Assembly: GCA_043765155.1 (NCBI GenBank) | Contig: JAYUJP010000053.1 | Location: 14,116 to 78,115, forward strand | Length of the DNA stretch: 64,000 bases | Source: a bacterium | GTDB lineage: Bacteria; Patescibacteriota; Minisyncoccia; Phycocordibacterales; UBA5272 | Direction: 5' to 3' | Shown: piece by piece, positions 1 through 10,740 of the stretch | How positions within the stretch are numbered: the first letter of the stretch is position 1 | Layout of the letters: each line of letters opens with the position of its first letter | Notes under the pieces: generated by a model | The model's database searches: none | What the model was told of the DNA's origin: nothing | Seen by the model: the letters and a program-made list of their open reading frames with translations, nothing else | Translations under genes and position numbers: made by a program

Positions 1-281
1 GGATATATCAGTACTCTCTGATACCAGCACAATATACACGGCTTATCGCCATACACTACTTCTTGAATATTAGCACCAACTATGCCCGCTCCAAGTACAA
101 AAATAAGAGCATAAATAAAATATTCATAATTAGTTTTGTTTAATAGTTTTTCGCTTTTAATTTTATTTGCAAAAAATAAAACTAAAAATATTATATTTAA
201 AATAAATAATGCGATTATACCTGCGCTTGTAAGGTTAGCGAACTGCTGAAAATTGAGTCCTAAAAATATTGCGTCTTTCAT
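1..281 (-). CDS. DsbB/BdbC-family disulfide oxidoreductase (partial; runs off the window start). Not in the supplied ORF track.
   Basis: My own translation of the minus strand from the ATG at 281-279: MKDAIFLGLNFQQFANLTSAGIIALFILNIIFLVLFFANKIKSEKLLNKTNYEYFIYALIFVLGAGIVGANIQEVVYGDKPCILCWYQRVLIY. The hydrophobic N-terminus plus the C-x-L-C-W-Y-Q-R motif is the DsbB/BdbC signature. The start is 14 nt downstream of the stop of the 478-aa gene. Confidence 0.55.
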   Translation of the reverse strand, partial: MKDAIFLGLNFQQFANLTSAGIIALFILNIIFLVLFFANKIKSEKLLNKTNYEYFIYALIFVLGAGIVGANIQEVVYGDKPCILCWYQRVLIY

Positions 282-295
282 ATGTGTGTATTAAA

Positions 296-1732
296 TTAGA
301 ATTTTGTATTAATTGATGCAGAAAAAGTAACAACCGGAGTCGAAAAATTAGATTTTCCTTTTATAAAAGTAGCTGGAAATGCTCCAATTTCTAAACCATT
401 AAATAAAGAATTTTTGTTACTGTAAACTAAAGCAACATGCATGTGAGGTGATAACTTACCACTATTTATATTGGTAGTATAACCATATTGAAGTCCACTT
501 TTTATAACAAAATTAAAATTGGAATCAAAAATTGGCATAACACTTTTATAGCCTGCCGTAACTACTATTCTGTTGCTGGCCATCTGATAACTTCTACTCC
601 GCTTTAACTCTTTTTCTGCTCCGGACAAAGTCCCCACAGCCAACCTATCTACTCTACCTCCTATAGATTGAATTTTTTCTGCTCCGTACCCCTGACTATT
701 ATTAAATATTGAAAAATACGCCTCTACAGAACTTTCTTTACCACCTTCTGTTCTGCCTGAATCTTTACACATTGTAACCTCATAAGTTGGATGTATATTG
801 TTATAGGGTATATTACTGACTGATTTAGAATCAGGATTTAGATGTATAGAGCCAGCTAGTGTCGTCTGAACTTTTACATCGTTTATATTACATCCTATCA
901 GGCGGCTTAATGACTGAGCTACAATTTTACCAGGCTCTTCAAAAGATTTCATAAGACTGTATATTTCTTTGTTGCCAATAGGGGGTACACCTGGACTAGA
1001 TTTGTTATTATCTAATTCAAAGCCTACGCCTTTGGTAACTTTGTAGGTCTGAATAGACTCATCTCCATATTCGCCTCCCATGTTACCAATATGCTCTGGG
1101 CCTTGTTTTTCTTTCTTATTTATTTCTTTTAGAGAAAACTTTGGCCTTGATGCAAATAAGGACTCTAGGGCATTAATATTGTCTTGCATACTCTTTAATT
1201 CACTAATGTCCTTAGGACCAGATAGTATATTTCTAGGTGTATTTAATTTTTTGTTTAACTCAATCACCATCTCACTTGATCCAGTTTTTATATAGGCACT
1301 CTTTAAAAAGCTAGATGGTAGTTCTAAATTAAGCCCAGAACCATCAATTAAATTATCTTTTAAAGCGTCCGCATTAGATTCAGAGATGGTTTCTAGTGTT
1401 AACTTTTCTAATTTACTAACACGCTCTTTTACTTCTATATTAGAATATATATTCTCACAAATATTTTGAGACTGAAAACAAAGTTCATTACCAATCTGAG
1501 ACTCTGTCTGCTTGTCCTGAGCAGAAGCACCCTGAGATACTAGAAATGGTACTGCTAATGCACCTATTCTTATAAGTTCAAAAATATTATCACCCATAGA
1601 CTTAAGAGATTTTATCAAGTCCGCAGACGCTTCTTGTAATTTAAGTGAATCTAAAGCTTCTTTTAAATTTTTTTTATTTACAGACTCTTTTTTTTCTGTA
1701 TTAAATGTGGGACTCATTCCAAAATTCATCAT
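296..1732 (-). CDS. Hypothetical protein, 478 aa, no recognisable domain
   Basis: Long intact ORF with native AT-rich codon usage. An extended -10 (revcomp of attataacac near 1757-1768) lies upstream. Contains 5 Cys. Followed by the DsbB-like ORF. Confidence 0.6.
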   Translation of the reverse strand: MMNFGMSPTFNTEKKESVNKKNLKEALDSLKLQEASADLIKSLKSMGDNIFELIRIGALAVPFLVSQGASAQDKQTESQIGNELCFQSQNICENIYSNIEVKERVSKLEKLTLETISESNADALKDNLIDGSGLNLELPSSFLKSAYIKTGSSEMVIELNKKLNTPRNILSGPKDISELKSMQDNINALESLFASRPKFSLKEINKKEKQGPEHIGNMGGEYGDESIQTYKVTKGVGFELDNNKSSPGVPPIGNKEIYSLMKSFEEPGKIVAQSLSRLIGCNINDVKVQTTLAGSIHLNPDSKSVSNIPYNNIHPTYEVTMCKDSGRTEGGKESSVEAYFSIFNNSQGYGAEKIQSIGGRVDRLAVGTLSGAEKELKRSRSYQMASNRIVVTAGYKSVMPIFDSNFNFVIKSGLQYGYTTNINSGKLSPHMHVALVYSNKNSLFNGLEIGAFPATFIKGKSNFSTPVVTFSASINTKF

Positions 1733-1827
1733 ATTTTTTATTTTTATACTAATATTGATTATAACACAATAAAAGAAAAAACAGGCGACCTAATGGACGC
1801 CTGCACTCGCAAAGCGAGAGAGCAAAC

Positions 1828-2388
1828 TTACAAACTTTCAAGCCTTTCAGCAACATGCTTGCACATCGCTTCAAGATCGTGAAAAGGTTCGATTCCTGGT
1901 AATCTTGCCCAGTGGTGTTCGGACTTCATTTTCCATGCATCTGTTGGATAACCCCAAACAATCTGATCCTTTATTTTTAAATTCTCATAAGCTCTACCAA
2001 GCCAAAATCCAAGCTCAGTATTAGTTACTCTTCCGGGCAACTGCACTTCATGGCGAGGTACCCAAAAGAACTTCATGGTAGAAGACATAAGCCTTTCTAT
2101 TTCCCAGTCCACTATTTCCATTGGGAAATTTTCTTTAAAGCTCCAGTCATTTTCACATGGCTCAGGGACATAAATTACTCCCTTGTAGCCAGCTAGGCGC
2201 AGATAATGTACAGCAAGTGCTCGCCACTTGTACTTGAGCACATCTTGCCTTGACGATGGCCCAGCCAGAAACAGTGAGATTATTCCTTTTGGAGCAAACT
2301 CAAGACTCTGATAATGAAAAACTAAAGGGTCGTCCCACATTGCACAAGTGAGATCAAGCATTTGTTGAAGTTTTTGACGATTATCCAT
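1828..2388 (-). CDS. Nucleoside 2-deoxyribosyltransferase-like protein (NDT/SLOG-like fold)
   Basis: Shows the FLAGP...(N)TELGFWLG pattern expected of the NDT family (Rossmann-like glycine loop plus catalytic Glu in an E-x-G-(F/Y) context). Start moved to the internal Met (MDNRQ...) because a canonical SD (AAGGAGG, revcomp of 2394-2400) lies 5 nt upstream of it. GC content is clearly above the window average. Confidence 0.5.
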   Translation of the reverse strand: MDNRQKLQQMLDLTCAMWDDPLVFHYQSLEFAPKGIISLFLAGPSSRQDVLKYKWRALAVHYLRLAGYKGVIYVPEPCENDWSFKENFPMEIVDWEIERLMSSTMKFFWVPRHEVQLPGRVTNTELGFWLGRAYENLKIKDQIVWGYPTDAWKMKSEHHWARLPGIEPFHDLEAMCKHVAERLESL

Positions 2389-2835
2389 AACGGCCTCCTT
2401 TTTAAAAATTAAGAACGAAACAATGAGCGGACACTTAATATAACACAAAAATATTTAAATGTCCAGCAAATTTTTTGAACTTTAAAAACTTTAATATACA
2501 AAAATCTTTTTAAAAATACAAAAACCCTCAAATTAATAAATTATTTCGAGGGTTTTTGTATTACATTCACTGACATATATAATATTACTTCTAACTTCTT
2601 ATGAACTTCCTTTTTGTTCCACTTTTTAGCTCGCTAATCCTTGTGAATTAGTAAAGAAAAATTTAATTTTCTAACATATAGTGAGACTTTTGATATATTT
2701 CGCAATATCGCGTATAGTTTATTATAAAGTTCTATAAAAACTTTTAAGACGAATAGTTATTCTCTTGCGAGAGTCTTGTTCACTTGTCAATCGCCGAAAT
2801 GCATGCACCCAATTGGGTGTGCACGATTTCCAATT

Positions 2836-4360
<1,525 letters not shown>

Positions 4361-4674
4361 AAAGTGGAACAAAAAGATTGTACATAAGATATTCACATCG
4401 CACTTATACCTCTTTTTGTAAATTCTCATAAATAAATATGAGAACAAATATAAGTGTTGATAAATGTGAATATTAGTTGGATTGAAAATAGCTTATAACA
4501 AAAGCGTTTGAGAACCTTTGTGTCTATTTTCGTAATATTATATTGTCAATGAACGTGAGAGCAAGTATAGCATAATGAAAATAAAAATGCAAGCAAATGT
4601 CCTTGGACACTTACCTGCATATTGGTTAACTAGAATTTCCTGAAAGAACTACCCTAAATTTAAGAGTTTATTTT

Positions 4675-4887
4675 CTAATTACCTCCAAGCATGGCACCAC
4701 AAGCATTGCATCCGTATGCAAGATTGTCATCCCACAGGTCATCGCTGCCGCAGTGTGCGCAACGACCCGTATGGTGACCAACAGCCTGATTATTTGGATT
4801 ATTTTTAGCTCTCAGCTCTGCCAACTCTTTTTCATCTTTCGGCAGTTTTGGTTTAAAAATTGAAAGATTTTCTGTAGTATAATTCAT
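4675..4887 (-). CDS. Small zinc-ribbon protein (C-x2-C ... C-x2-C), 70 aa
   Basis: Intact ORF with the motif CAHCGSDD...GCNACG. A canonical SD (AAGGAG, revcomp of 4895-4900) lies 7 nt upstream. GC is elevated relative to neighbours. Confidence 0.5.
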   Translation of the reverse strand: MNYTTENLSIFKPKLPKDEKELAELRAKNNPNNQAVGHHTGRCAHCGSDDLWDDNLAYGCNACGAMLGGN

Positions 4888-4924
4888 TTGATAGCTCCTT
4901 AAAAAATTAAAATAAAACTAGCTT

Positions 4925-5050
4925 GAACTTTACGAAAAGCTGCAACATCATTATCGCAACTTTTCTCCGCTATGAATACTACAATAAAAGTAATATTTTT
5001 GCAAATGTTACAAAATAAAAAGCAAGCTCAGATTTCTCATTGCTTGCCTG
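4925..5050 (-). repeat. Copy A of a ~125-bp intergenic cassette-boundary element (hairpin terminator plus T-tract plus promoter/SD region)
   Basis: About 85% identical to 5474-5597. Contains the hairpin GCAAGC-N14-GCTTGC followed by TTTTTATTTT on the minus strand, and TTGCAAC/TCGCAAC direct half-sites. Confidence 0.7.
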
Positions 5051-5111
5051 TTAACTTATTGACTAAAAAGGATTGATCAAGCTAAGCGAGCTGAAAAGAT
5101 TTACAGGTTGC

Positions 5112-5438
5112 TTATAACCGACTCAGACTACACTCTTTAAAAAACCTCACATGACGACTACCACCAAGTGTAGAGGTTTTGTTTTTCCACTCGAACAAGT
5201 TACTACTTAGTAAGAGATCAATTAACTGATCAGCATAAACTATACGACTTTTTATAAAAGATTCGAATGCAGGATCAGAATCTGATAATTTTAATAGGTA
5301 GTTAAAAAAACACAGTTTAAAATTATCTATTTCGTCATATTCAATACTCACAATTTTTTTCTTTTTTACTTCTGCCGCGAAAATGCTTAAGCAGTATTTA
5401 TTTTTTTCTTCCAATTGACTATCATTAAGAATTGCCAT
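5112..5438 (-). CDS. Hypothetical small protein (about 108 aa)
   Basis: ORF 5112-5456 trimmed to MAILNDSQ... because the SD GAAGGAG (revcomp of 5450-5456) lies 8 nt upstream of that ATG. No domain recognised. Confidence 0.45.
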   Translation of the reverse strand: MAILNDSQLEEKNKYCLSIFAAEVKKKKIVSIEYDEIDNFKLCFFNYLLKLSDSDPAFESFIKSRIVYADQLIDLLLSSNLFEWKNKTSTLGGSRHVRFFKECSLSRL

Positions 5439-5473
5439 GACAAATATCTCCTTCAAAATTTGAGTTCAAGTTG

Positions 5474-5597
5474 AATTTCCTAAAAAGTTGCAACATAATT
5501 ATCGCAACTTTCTCCGTTATAAATATTACAATAAAAATAGCATTTTTGCAAATTATGAAAAATAAAAAGCAAGCGTAGATTTCTCATTGCTTGCTTG
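5474..5597 (-). repeat. Copy B of the ~125-bp cassette-boundary element
   Basis: Aligns base for base with 4925-5050 (the same GCAAGC...GCTTGC hairpin, TTGCAAC...TCGCAAC, and tttttgcaaat...aaaataaaaagcaagc). Confidence 0.7.
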
Positions 5598-5632
5598 TGT
5601 CGTGTTTGCTAATATAATAGCTTTTCTGCCCT

Positions 5633-5839
5633 TTAACTTACCACAGAAACCATGCCGGAAAGAATAAATTCTTTTAGCAGCTCCATGCGTTCTTTGAGCT
5701 TTGGAGCTAGCCCCATCTTTACGCCTTTTCGTGGATCTGTTTCATCTGCTTTACCTGAGACTAGCGCTACATACTCGTCCAAGATTTCTTTGGGATCCAT
5801 TTCCTCCAAAGGCTTATCGTAATTTGGTTTTTGGCTCAT
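5633..5839 (-). CDS. Hypothetical small acidic protein, 68 aa
   Basis: Intact ORF with an SD-like AAGGA 9 nt upstream. GC is around 43%. No domain recognised. Confidence 0.45.
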   Translation of the reverse strand: MSQKPNYDKPLEEMDPKEILDEYVALVSGKADETDPRKGVKMGLAPKLKERMELLKEFILSGMVSVVS

Positions 5840-5970
5840 GTTTAAAAAATCCTTAAAAAGAACAGTAGATAAAACTATCTACTTGGACTTTGTATAATAC
5901 AATATTTTTAATATTTTTGCAAATAAAGAAAAAGAGTTTTAAAATATGATATAATATACCCAAGAAAAAT

Positions 5971-8900
5971 ATGAATCCAGTACACTTGCGCAATCATACT
6001 CATTACTCCCTCTTAAGGGCTTTGCCTGATGTGTCTGAGCTGGTCAAAAAAGCTGTCGAGTATAATTATACCGCGCTTGCCATCACCGATACAGATAATA
6101 TGTACGGCGCTATAGAGTTTATAAAAGAATGTCAGAAAAAGAAAATTAAGCCAATAATCGGAGCTGAGCTAAAAATAAAAAATCATAATCAGTATTATGA
6201 CATAGTCCTAATAGCTAAGACTTTTGTCGGTTATCAGAACTTGATGCGACTAGTATCCGTAGCTAATACAAAAGAAATTAAAAATGATAATCCGCATCTT
6301 ACTTTTGAGGACTTTGTGCCGAGCAAAAAGAATAACTTGGTGATGGAGCCAAGAGGTGCCGCCTTTGGATACACCTCCTCTGAAGAAATAAAAAATAGCC
6401 TTGGAATAATTTGCCTCTCGGGCGGACCTACTGGCGAGCTAAGTATAAGCTTACAAAAATATGAAGACAGAAATATTTTAGAAGCTAAGAATATTTTAAA
6501 TAGATATGTAGAAATATTTGGCGATGATTTTTGTATTGAGATAACCAATCATATTCATATGAGTTATGGAAAAGAAATGAGAACAAATACCCTAGATTTT
6601 TATAATAATTTTGTCAAAAATAATTTCCCGCAGAATAAAATAGTAGCGACTCAAAATACTCATTATATCTCTATAAATGATAAGCCGGCCCATAAAGTCA
6701 TGATACAAATAGACAGCGAGATAGACTCAGAAGAATACTATAAGGCGCATTTCGCGCAGGCCGATTACTCATTTTTAACAAAAGAAGAATTTATAAATGC
6801 CTTTGCTGATATACCTGAAGCAATAGAAAATACTAGTAAGATAGCGGACTCTATTAACTTTGAAGTAGAGCTAAATAAATGGGTATTTCCAGATATAGAA
6901 TTTGAAAAATCATATGATGAAGACCTACGCAAATTAGCCTATGAAGGTCTAGAAGTTAGGAAAAAAGAATTAACAGACGAAGTCAAAACTAGGCTCGATT
7001 ATGAATTAGAAGTTATAAAAAATAAAGGATACTCGCCGTACTTTCTTGTTGTGTATGATCTTTTAAGATACTCTAGAGAAAATGGAATACTTACTAATAT
7101 TAGAGGGTCTGTGGCTGGATCACTGGTAACTTATCTTCTTCGTATTACAAAATGTGACCCGCTCGAATACAAGCTTCCATTTGAGAGATTTTTAAATCCA
7201 GAACGTCCAAGTGCGCCGGACATAGATATGGACTTTGCGGACGACAGGCGTGATGATGTGCTTAATTACGCTCGCCGTAAATATGGAGCTGATCATGTGG
7301 CGCAGATCGGGACATTTGGTACGATGATGGCAAGAGGTGCCGTGCGTGACGTAGCACGCGCGATGAGCTTTCCTTATACTGTAGGTGACAGAATATCACG
7401 CATGATACCACCACCAAAGCAAGGCTTTCCAATGTATATAAGCAAGGCATTAGAAGAAGTACCCGAGTTAAAAGAGGCTTATGACACAGATAGGGATACA
7501 AGTATAATTTTAGACATGGCTAAGCAAGTCGAAGGTAAAGTACGCCACATTGGAGTGCATGCTGCGGGTACTGTTATATCCCCTGCACCGCTTACTGACT
7601 GGACCCCAATACAATATGATCCAAAAGGTGAAGGTAAACTCATCTCACAATATGACATGTATACTATCGAGGAGGCAGGGCTACTCAAATTTGACTTCCT
7701 GGGTATACGTAACCTCTCTATACTAGCAACAGCCATAGGCATAGTAAAAGAAAAATATAATATTGATGTCGACATAGAGGCCATACCTCTTGATGATGCT
7801 AAGACTTTTGAGATGTTATCAAAAGGAATAACTGAGGGACTATTTCAACTGAACGGATCCGGCATGACCAGATTTTTAAAAGAATTAAAGCCATCTACAA
7901 TTTTTGATATTAACGCGATGGTAGCACTGTATCGCCCAGGACCACTCGAGATGATACCAGAATATATTAAAAGAAAACATAATCCAGAGCTAATAGAATT
8001 TCTAGACCCTCGCCTCGAGCCTATACTTGATCAATCATTTGGAGTTATAGTATATCAGGACGACGTGATGTTAACGGCGATACATTTGGCGGGCTACTCT
8101 TGGCTTGAGGCTGATAAGCTACGTAAAGCCATGGGTAAAAAAATACCCGCAGAAATGGAGGAGCAAAAAGAAAAGCTCATGCTCGGATTTCAAAAGTATG
8201 GCCTTAGTAAAAGTAAAGCTGATGAGCTGTGGACAAGAATAGAGCCGTTTGCGGCTTATGGATTTAACAAGGCCCATGCTGCTAGTTATGGACGCGTAGC
8301 ATATCAGACAGCATATATGAAGGCGCATTATCCGCATGCCTACATGACCGCCATTATGAGTAATGAGACAGGTGATATAGAAAAGATAGCGACTATTATC
8401 GCAGATTGTAAGAGACTTAATATAAACGTACTACCACCCGATATAAACTTTTCAAATGGTGGATTTGAAGTTATTAGTAAAAATATAAATATTAATAGTG
8501 AAGATAAAATAGAAGAAGAAATTAGATTTGGATTATATACAATTAAGAACTTGGGTCAAGATATCGCAGACGCGATAATAGATGAGCGTAATAAAAATGG
8601 AAAGTACACAAGCTTTGAAAACTTTTTGACCAGAGTCACTCATAAAAACTTAACCAAAAAAAGTATAGAGGCACTCACCATGTGCGGGGCTATGGACACT
8701 CTAGCTGAGCGTAATAGTATAGTGCTAAATATAGAAGAAATTTTAAATTATCACAAACAAGTTATAAAAGATAACTCAGCCCAAGATGACCTGTTCTCAA
8801 CTATGCTGAGTATACAAAAACCAGAATTCAAATTAAAAAAAGTAACGCCTGCAACTGGCGACCAGAAATTAAAATGGGAAAAAGAATTACTAGGGTTATA

Positions 8901-9246
8901 TGTATCAGGATTCCCACTTGATCCGTGGAAAGATAAAATATTAGCTAGAAATATAGACATAGAGCGCATACAAAATGAGCTCAGTGATGACGCTGAGGTG
9001 TCGCTCGCTTGTATAATAGAAAGTCTAAAAGTAACCAAAACAAAAAAAGGGGACAGGATGGCACTCATCGGCATACGTGACTACTCTTCTAGTCTTGAAT
9101 GTGCAGTATTCCCAAAAACATATGCAAAAATAAAAGATAAGTTAGTTCTAGATACACCGCTAATATTAAAAGGTAAAGTCGCAAGCCGTAACGGGGACAA
9201 GACTTTTATTTTGGACGAGGTGAAGAGGTTGGATCAAACAAATTAG
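5971..9246 (+). CDS. dnaE: DNA polymerase III alpha subunit
   Basis: The N-terminal PHP domain (HLRNHTHYSLL...ITDTDNMYG) and overall length and architecture fit DnaE. An extended -10 tgatataat sits about 15 nt upstream. Confidence 0.95.
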   Translation: MNPVHLRNHTHYSLLRALPDVSELVKKAVEYNYTALAITDTDNMYGAIEFIKECQKKKIKPIIGAELKIKNHNQYYDIVLIAKTFVGYQNLMRLVSVANTKEIKNDNPHLTFEDFVPSKKNNLVMEPRGAAFGYTSSEEIKNSLGIICLSGGPTGELSISLQKYEDRNILEAKNILNRYVEIFGDDFCIEITNHIHMSYGKEMRTNTLDFYNNFVKNNFPQNKIVATQNTHYISINDKPAHKVMIQIDSEIDSEEYYKAHFAQADYSFLTKEEFINAFADIPEAIENTSKIADSINFEVELNKWVFPDIEFEKSYDEDLRKLAYEGLEVRKKELTDEVKTRLDYELEVIKNKGYSPYFLVVYDLLRYSRENGILTNIRGSVAGSLVTYLLRITKCDPLEYKLPFERFLNPERPSAPDIDMDFADDRRDDVLNYARRKYGADHVAQIGTFGTMMARGAVRDVARAMSFPYTVGDRISRMIPPPKQGFPMYISKALEEVPELKEAYDTDRDTSIILDMAKQVEGKVRHIGVHAAGTVISPAPLTDWTPIQYDPKGEGKLISQYDMYTIEEAGLLKFDFLGIRNLSILATAIGIVKEKYNIDVDIEAIPLDDAKTFEMLSKGITEGLFQLNGSGMTRFLKELKPSTIFDINAMVALYRPGPLEMIPEYIKRKHNPELIEFLDPRLEPILDQSFGVIVYQDDVMLTAIHLAGYSWLEADKLRKAMGKKIPAEMEEQKEKLMLGFQKYGLSKSKADELWTRIEPFAAYGFNKAHAASYGRVAYQTAYMKAHYPHAYMTAIMSNETGDIEKIATIIADCKRLNINVLPPDINFSNGGFEVISKNININSEDKIEEEIRFGLYTIKNLGQDIADAIIDERNKNGKYTSFENFLTRVTHKNLTKKSIEALTMCGAMDTLAERNSIVLNIEEILNYHKQVIKDNSAQDDLFSTMLSIQKPEFKLKKVTPATGDQKLKWEKELLGLYVSGFPLDPWKDKILARNIDIERIQNELSDDAEVSLACIIESLKVTKTKKGDRMALIGIRDYSSSLECAVFPKTYAKIKDKLVLDTPLILKGKVASRNGDKTFILDEVKRLDQTN

Positions 9247-9277
9247 AAAAGTCTAGCTAGTAAAAATATTAAGAAAA

Positions 9278-9532
9278 TTATGATTTTATAAATTGTAAAA
9301 TTTTAAATATTATAAAAGATAAAGTAATTATGAAAATGACTACAACTAAAAACATAATAATGATATCTACCCATCCATAACATGGAAAAGAATTTAAAAT
9401 ATTTTGTTTACAAGGGTAAATAGAATTTATAATTTTACCAAAAAATCTACTTGAATTAGACAGAGTGAAAAGATAAATACAGATTATATTTAAAATAACA
9501 AGCATGTAATTATTTGTAAGAAGTTTTATCAT
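9278..9532 (-). CDS. Possible small membrane protein (low confidence; AT-rich, low complexity)
   Basis: ORF only; hydrophobic and very AT-rich. May be non-coding spacer. Confidence 0.2.
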   Translation of the reverse strand: MIKLLTNNYMLVILNIICIYLFTLSNSSRFFGKIINSIYPCKQNILNSFPCYGWVDIIIMFLVVVIFIITLSFIIFKILQFIKS

Positions 9533-9555
9533 AATGATTTATATTTTATAAATAT

Positions 9556-9586
9556 CCAAAAATTTGACCCGCATTTAGCGGGTCAG
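9556..9586 (-). terminator. Rho-independent terminator downstream of tRNA-Ser
   Basis: Hairpin GACCCGC-TAAAT-GCGGGTC followed by AAATTTTTGG on the minus strand. Confidence 0.6.
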
Positions 9587-9597
9587 ATTTGTGATTG

Positions 9598-9684
9598 CGG
9601 AGACGGAGGGATTCGAACCCTCGGGAGGCGTAAACCCCCGTCTCGTTAGCAGTGAGGTGCCTTCGACCACTCAGCCACGTCTCC
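9598..9684 (-). tRNA. tRNA-Ser (anticodon GCU), class II with long variable arm, no encoded CCA
   Basis: Folded by hand. Acceptor stem GGAGACG/CGTCTCC, discriminator G73, anticodon loop CUGCUAA (U33, GCU, A37), a 5-bp variable-arm stem, and T-loop TTCGAAT. The anticodon stem has two non-Watson-Crick pairs (C27.A43 and A31.C39). Confidence 0.75.
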
Positions 9685-9810
9685 ATTGTACATTTCAGAA
9701 CTGTACTAGTTCATATTTTTATAAAACATTTGAATATTTTATAACTTGTATTATATCACAATTTTGGAGAAATTAAAACAAAGAAATTATAATAATATGA
9801 CTTATAATTA

Positions 9811-9839
9811 TTGACATATACCCCCACAAGGTATATACT
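9811..9839 (+). promoter_or_regulatory. Sigma70-type promoter (TTGACA-17-TATACT) with an embedded CsoR-type operator palindrome; drives a leaderless csoR
   Basis: TTGACA at 9811-9816 and TATACT at 9834-9839. The inverted repeat ATATACC-N7-GGTATAT (9817-9837) fills the spacer and -10. The ATG at 9846 is 7 nt after the -10. Confidence 0.6.
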
Positions 9840-9845
9840 TATAAC

Positions 9846-10127
9846 ATGCATGGAGTACATAAAAACCAACATAATATCATTAATCGTCTAAGTCGTATCG
9901 AGGGTCAAGTTCGCGGTATACAAAAAATGATCGAGGAAGATAGATACTGTATTGATATTATCGTGCAGACAAGCGCTATCAAGCAAGCTATATCAACTAT
10001 AGAGGATATTATGCTCGAGAGCCATCTTAATCACTGTCTAGCTGAGGGGTCTATTACCAAAACAAAAAAGACTAATGAGACTTTGCATCAAGAGATATTA
10101 AAAGTCTATAAACTAAAAAGAAAATAA
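9846..10127 (+). CDS. csoR: CsoR/RcnR-family metal-sensing transcriptional repressor
   Basis: RLSRIEGQVRGIQKMIEEDRYCIDIIVQTSAIKQAI plus the conserved Cys/His/Cys positions (YC..., HLNHC) characteristic of the CsoR family. Confidence 0.85.
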   Translation: MHGVHKNQHNIINRLSRIEGQVRGIQKMIEEDRYCIDIIVQTSAIKQAISTIEDIMLESHLNHCLAEGSITKTKKTNETLHQEILKVYKLKRK

Positions 10128-10130
10128 TAT

Positions 10131-10712
10131 ATGAAATGTAAATACTGCTCTATGGACGGCATATACAGAAAAGAAGAAGCTGATGTCATCTCATTTTTCT
10201 GCGAGCATCATGCGCCAGACGGATCTGAGCTAATAGGTAAAAACAAAAAAGACTTTACCCCATTTATCATAATACTCACCTCTATACTGTTACTGTCTAC
10301 GCTTAGGCAATTTACCCAGGGATTAGACGGGATGTTGTGGATGATGGACTTTATGGGAATATTTTTGGTAACTTTTGGTCTATTCAAAATAGTTGATCTA
10401 AAAGGATTCAAAGAAGGATTTGCCACTTATGACCTTATAGCAAAGAAAATGCCAGCTTATGGTTACGCATTTCCATTTATAGAAATATGCCTTGGTGTTA
10501 TGTATCTCGCGGGATATATGTATCCTTGGCAAAATATTTCTGTCCTAATCATTTCTATAATCGGATCTTTGTCTGCATACTTAGTAATTAAAAATAAAAA
10601 CCAAATACAATGCGTATGCTTGGGCACAACATTTAAAATTCCTATGACATGGGTAACTTTTGGAGAAAATATGACGATGGGAATAATGGCAGCTTGGATG
10701 ATACTCTTATAA
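10131..10712 (+). CDS. Membrane protein with N-terminal Cys-rich (TRASH/YHS-like) metal-binding motif and a DoxX/MauE-like 4-TM domain
   Basis: N-terminal CKYC-x17-C-EHH motif, then four hydrophobic segments and a C-terminal CVCLG motif. Immediately follows csoR. Confidence 0.5.
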   Translation: MKCKYCSMDGIYRKEEADVISFFCEHHAPDGSELIGKNKKDFTPFIIILTSILLLSTLRQFTQGLDGMLWMMDFMGIFLVTFGLFKIVDLKGFKEGFATYDLIAKKMPAYGYAFPFIEICLGVMYLAGYMYPWQNISVLIISIIGSLSAYLVIKNKNQIQCVCLGTTFKIPMTWVTFGENMTMGIMAAWMILL

Positions 10713-10740
10713 ATTAAACAAAGAATAAAAGGTAAACAAT

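Noticed and set aside
4925-5597. Possibility that the repeated 125-bp elements are integron attC sites (a CALIN-type cassette array)
   Set aside because: I could not find the R'' (RYYYAAC) / R' (GTTRRRY) core sites or the imperfect-palindrome architecture of attC. The hairpin plus T-tract reads better as a terminator followed by a promoter. Kept as a repeat, not as an integron.
9591-9776. 61-aa plus-strand ORF
   Set aside because: It overlaps tRNA-Ser on the opposite strand and its terminator. No coding signal.
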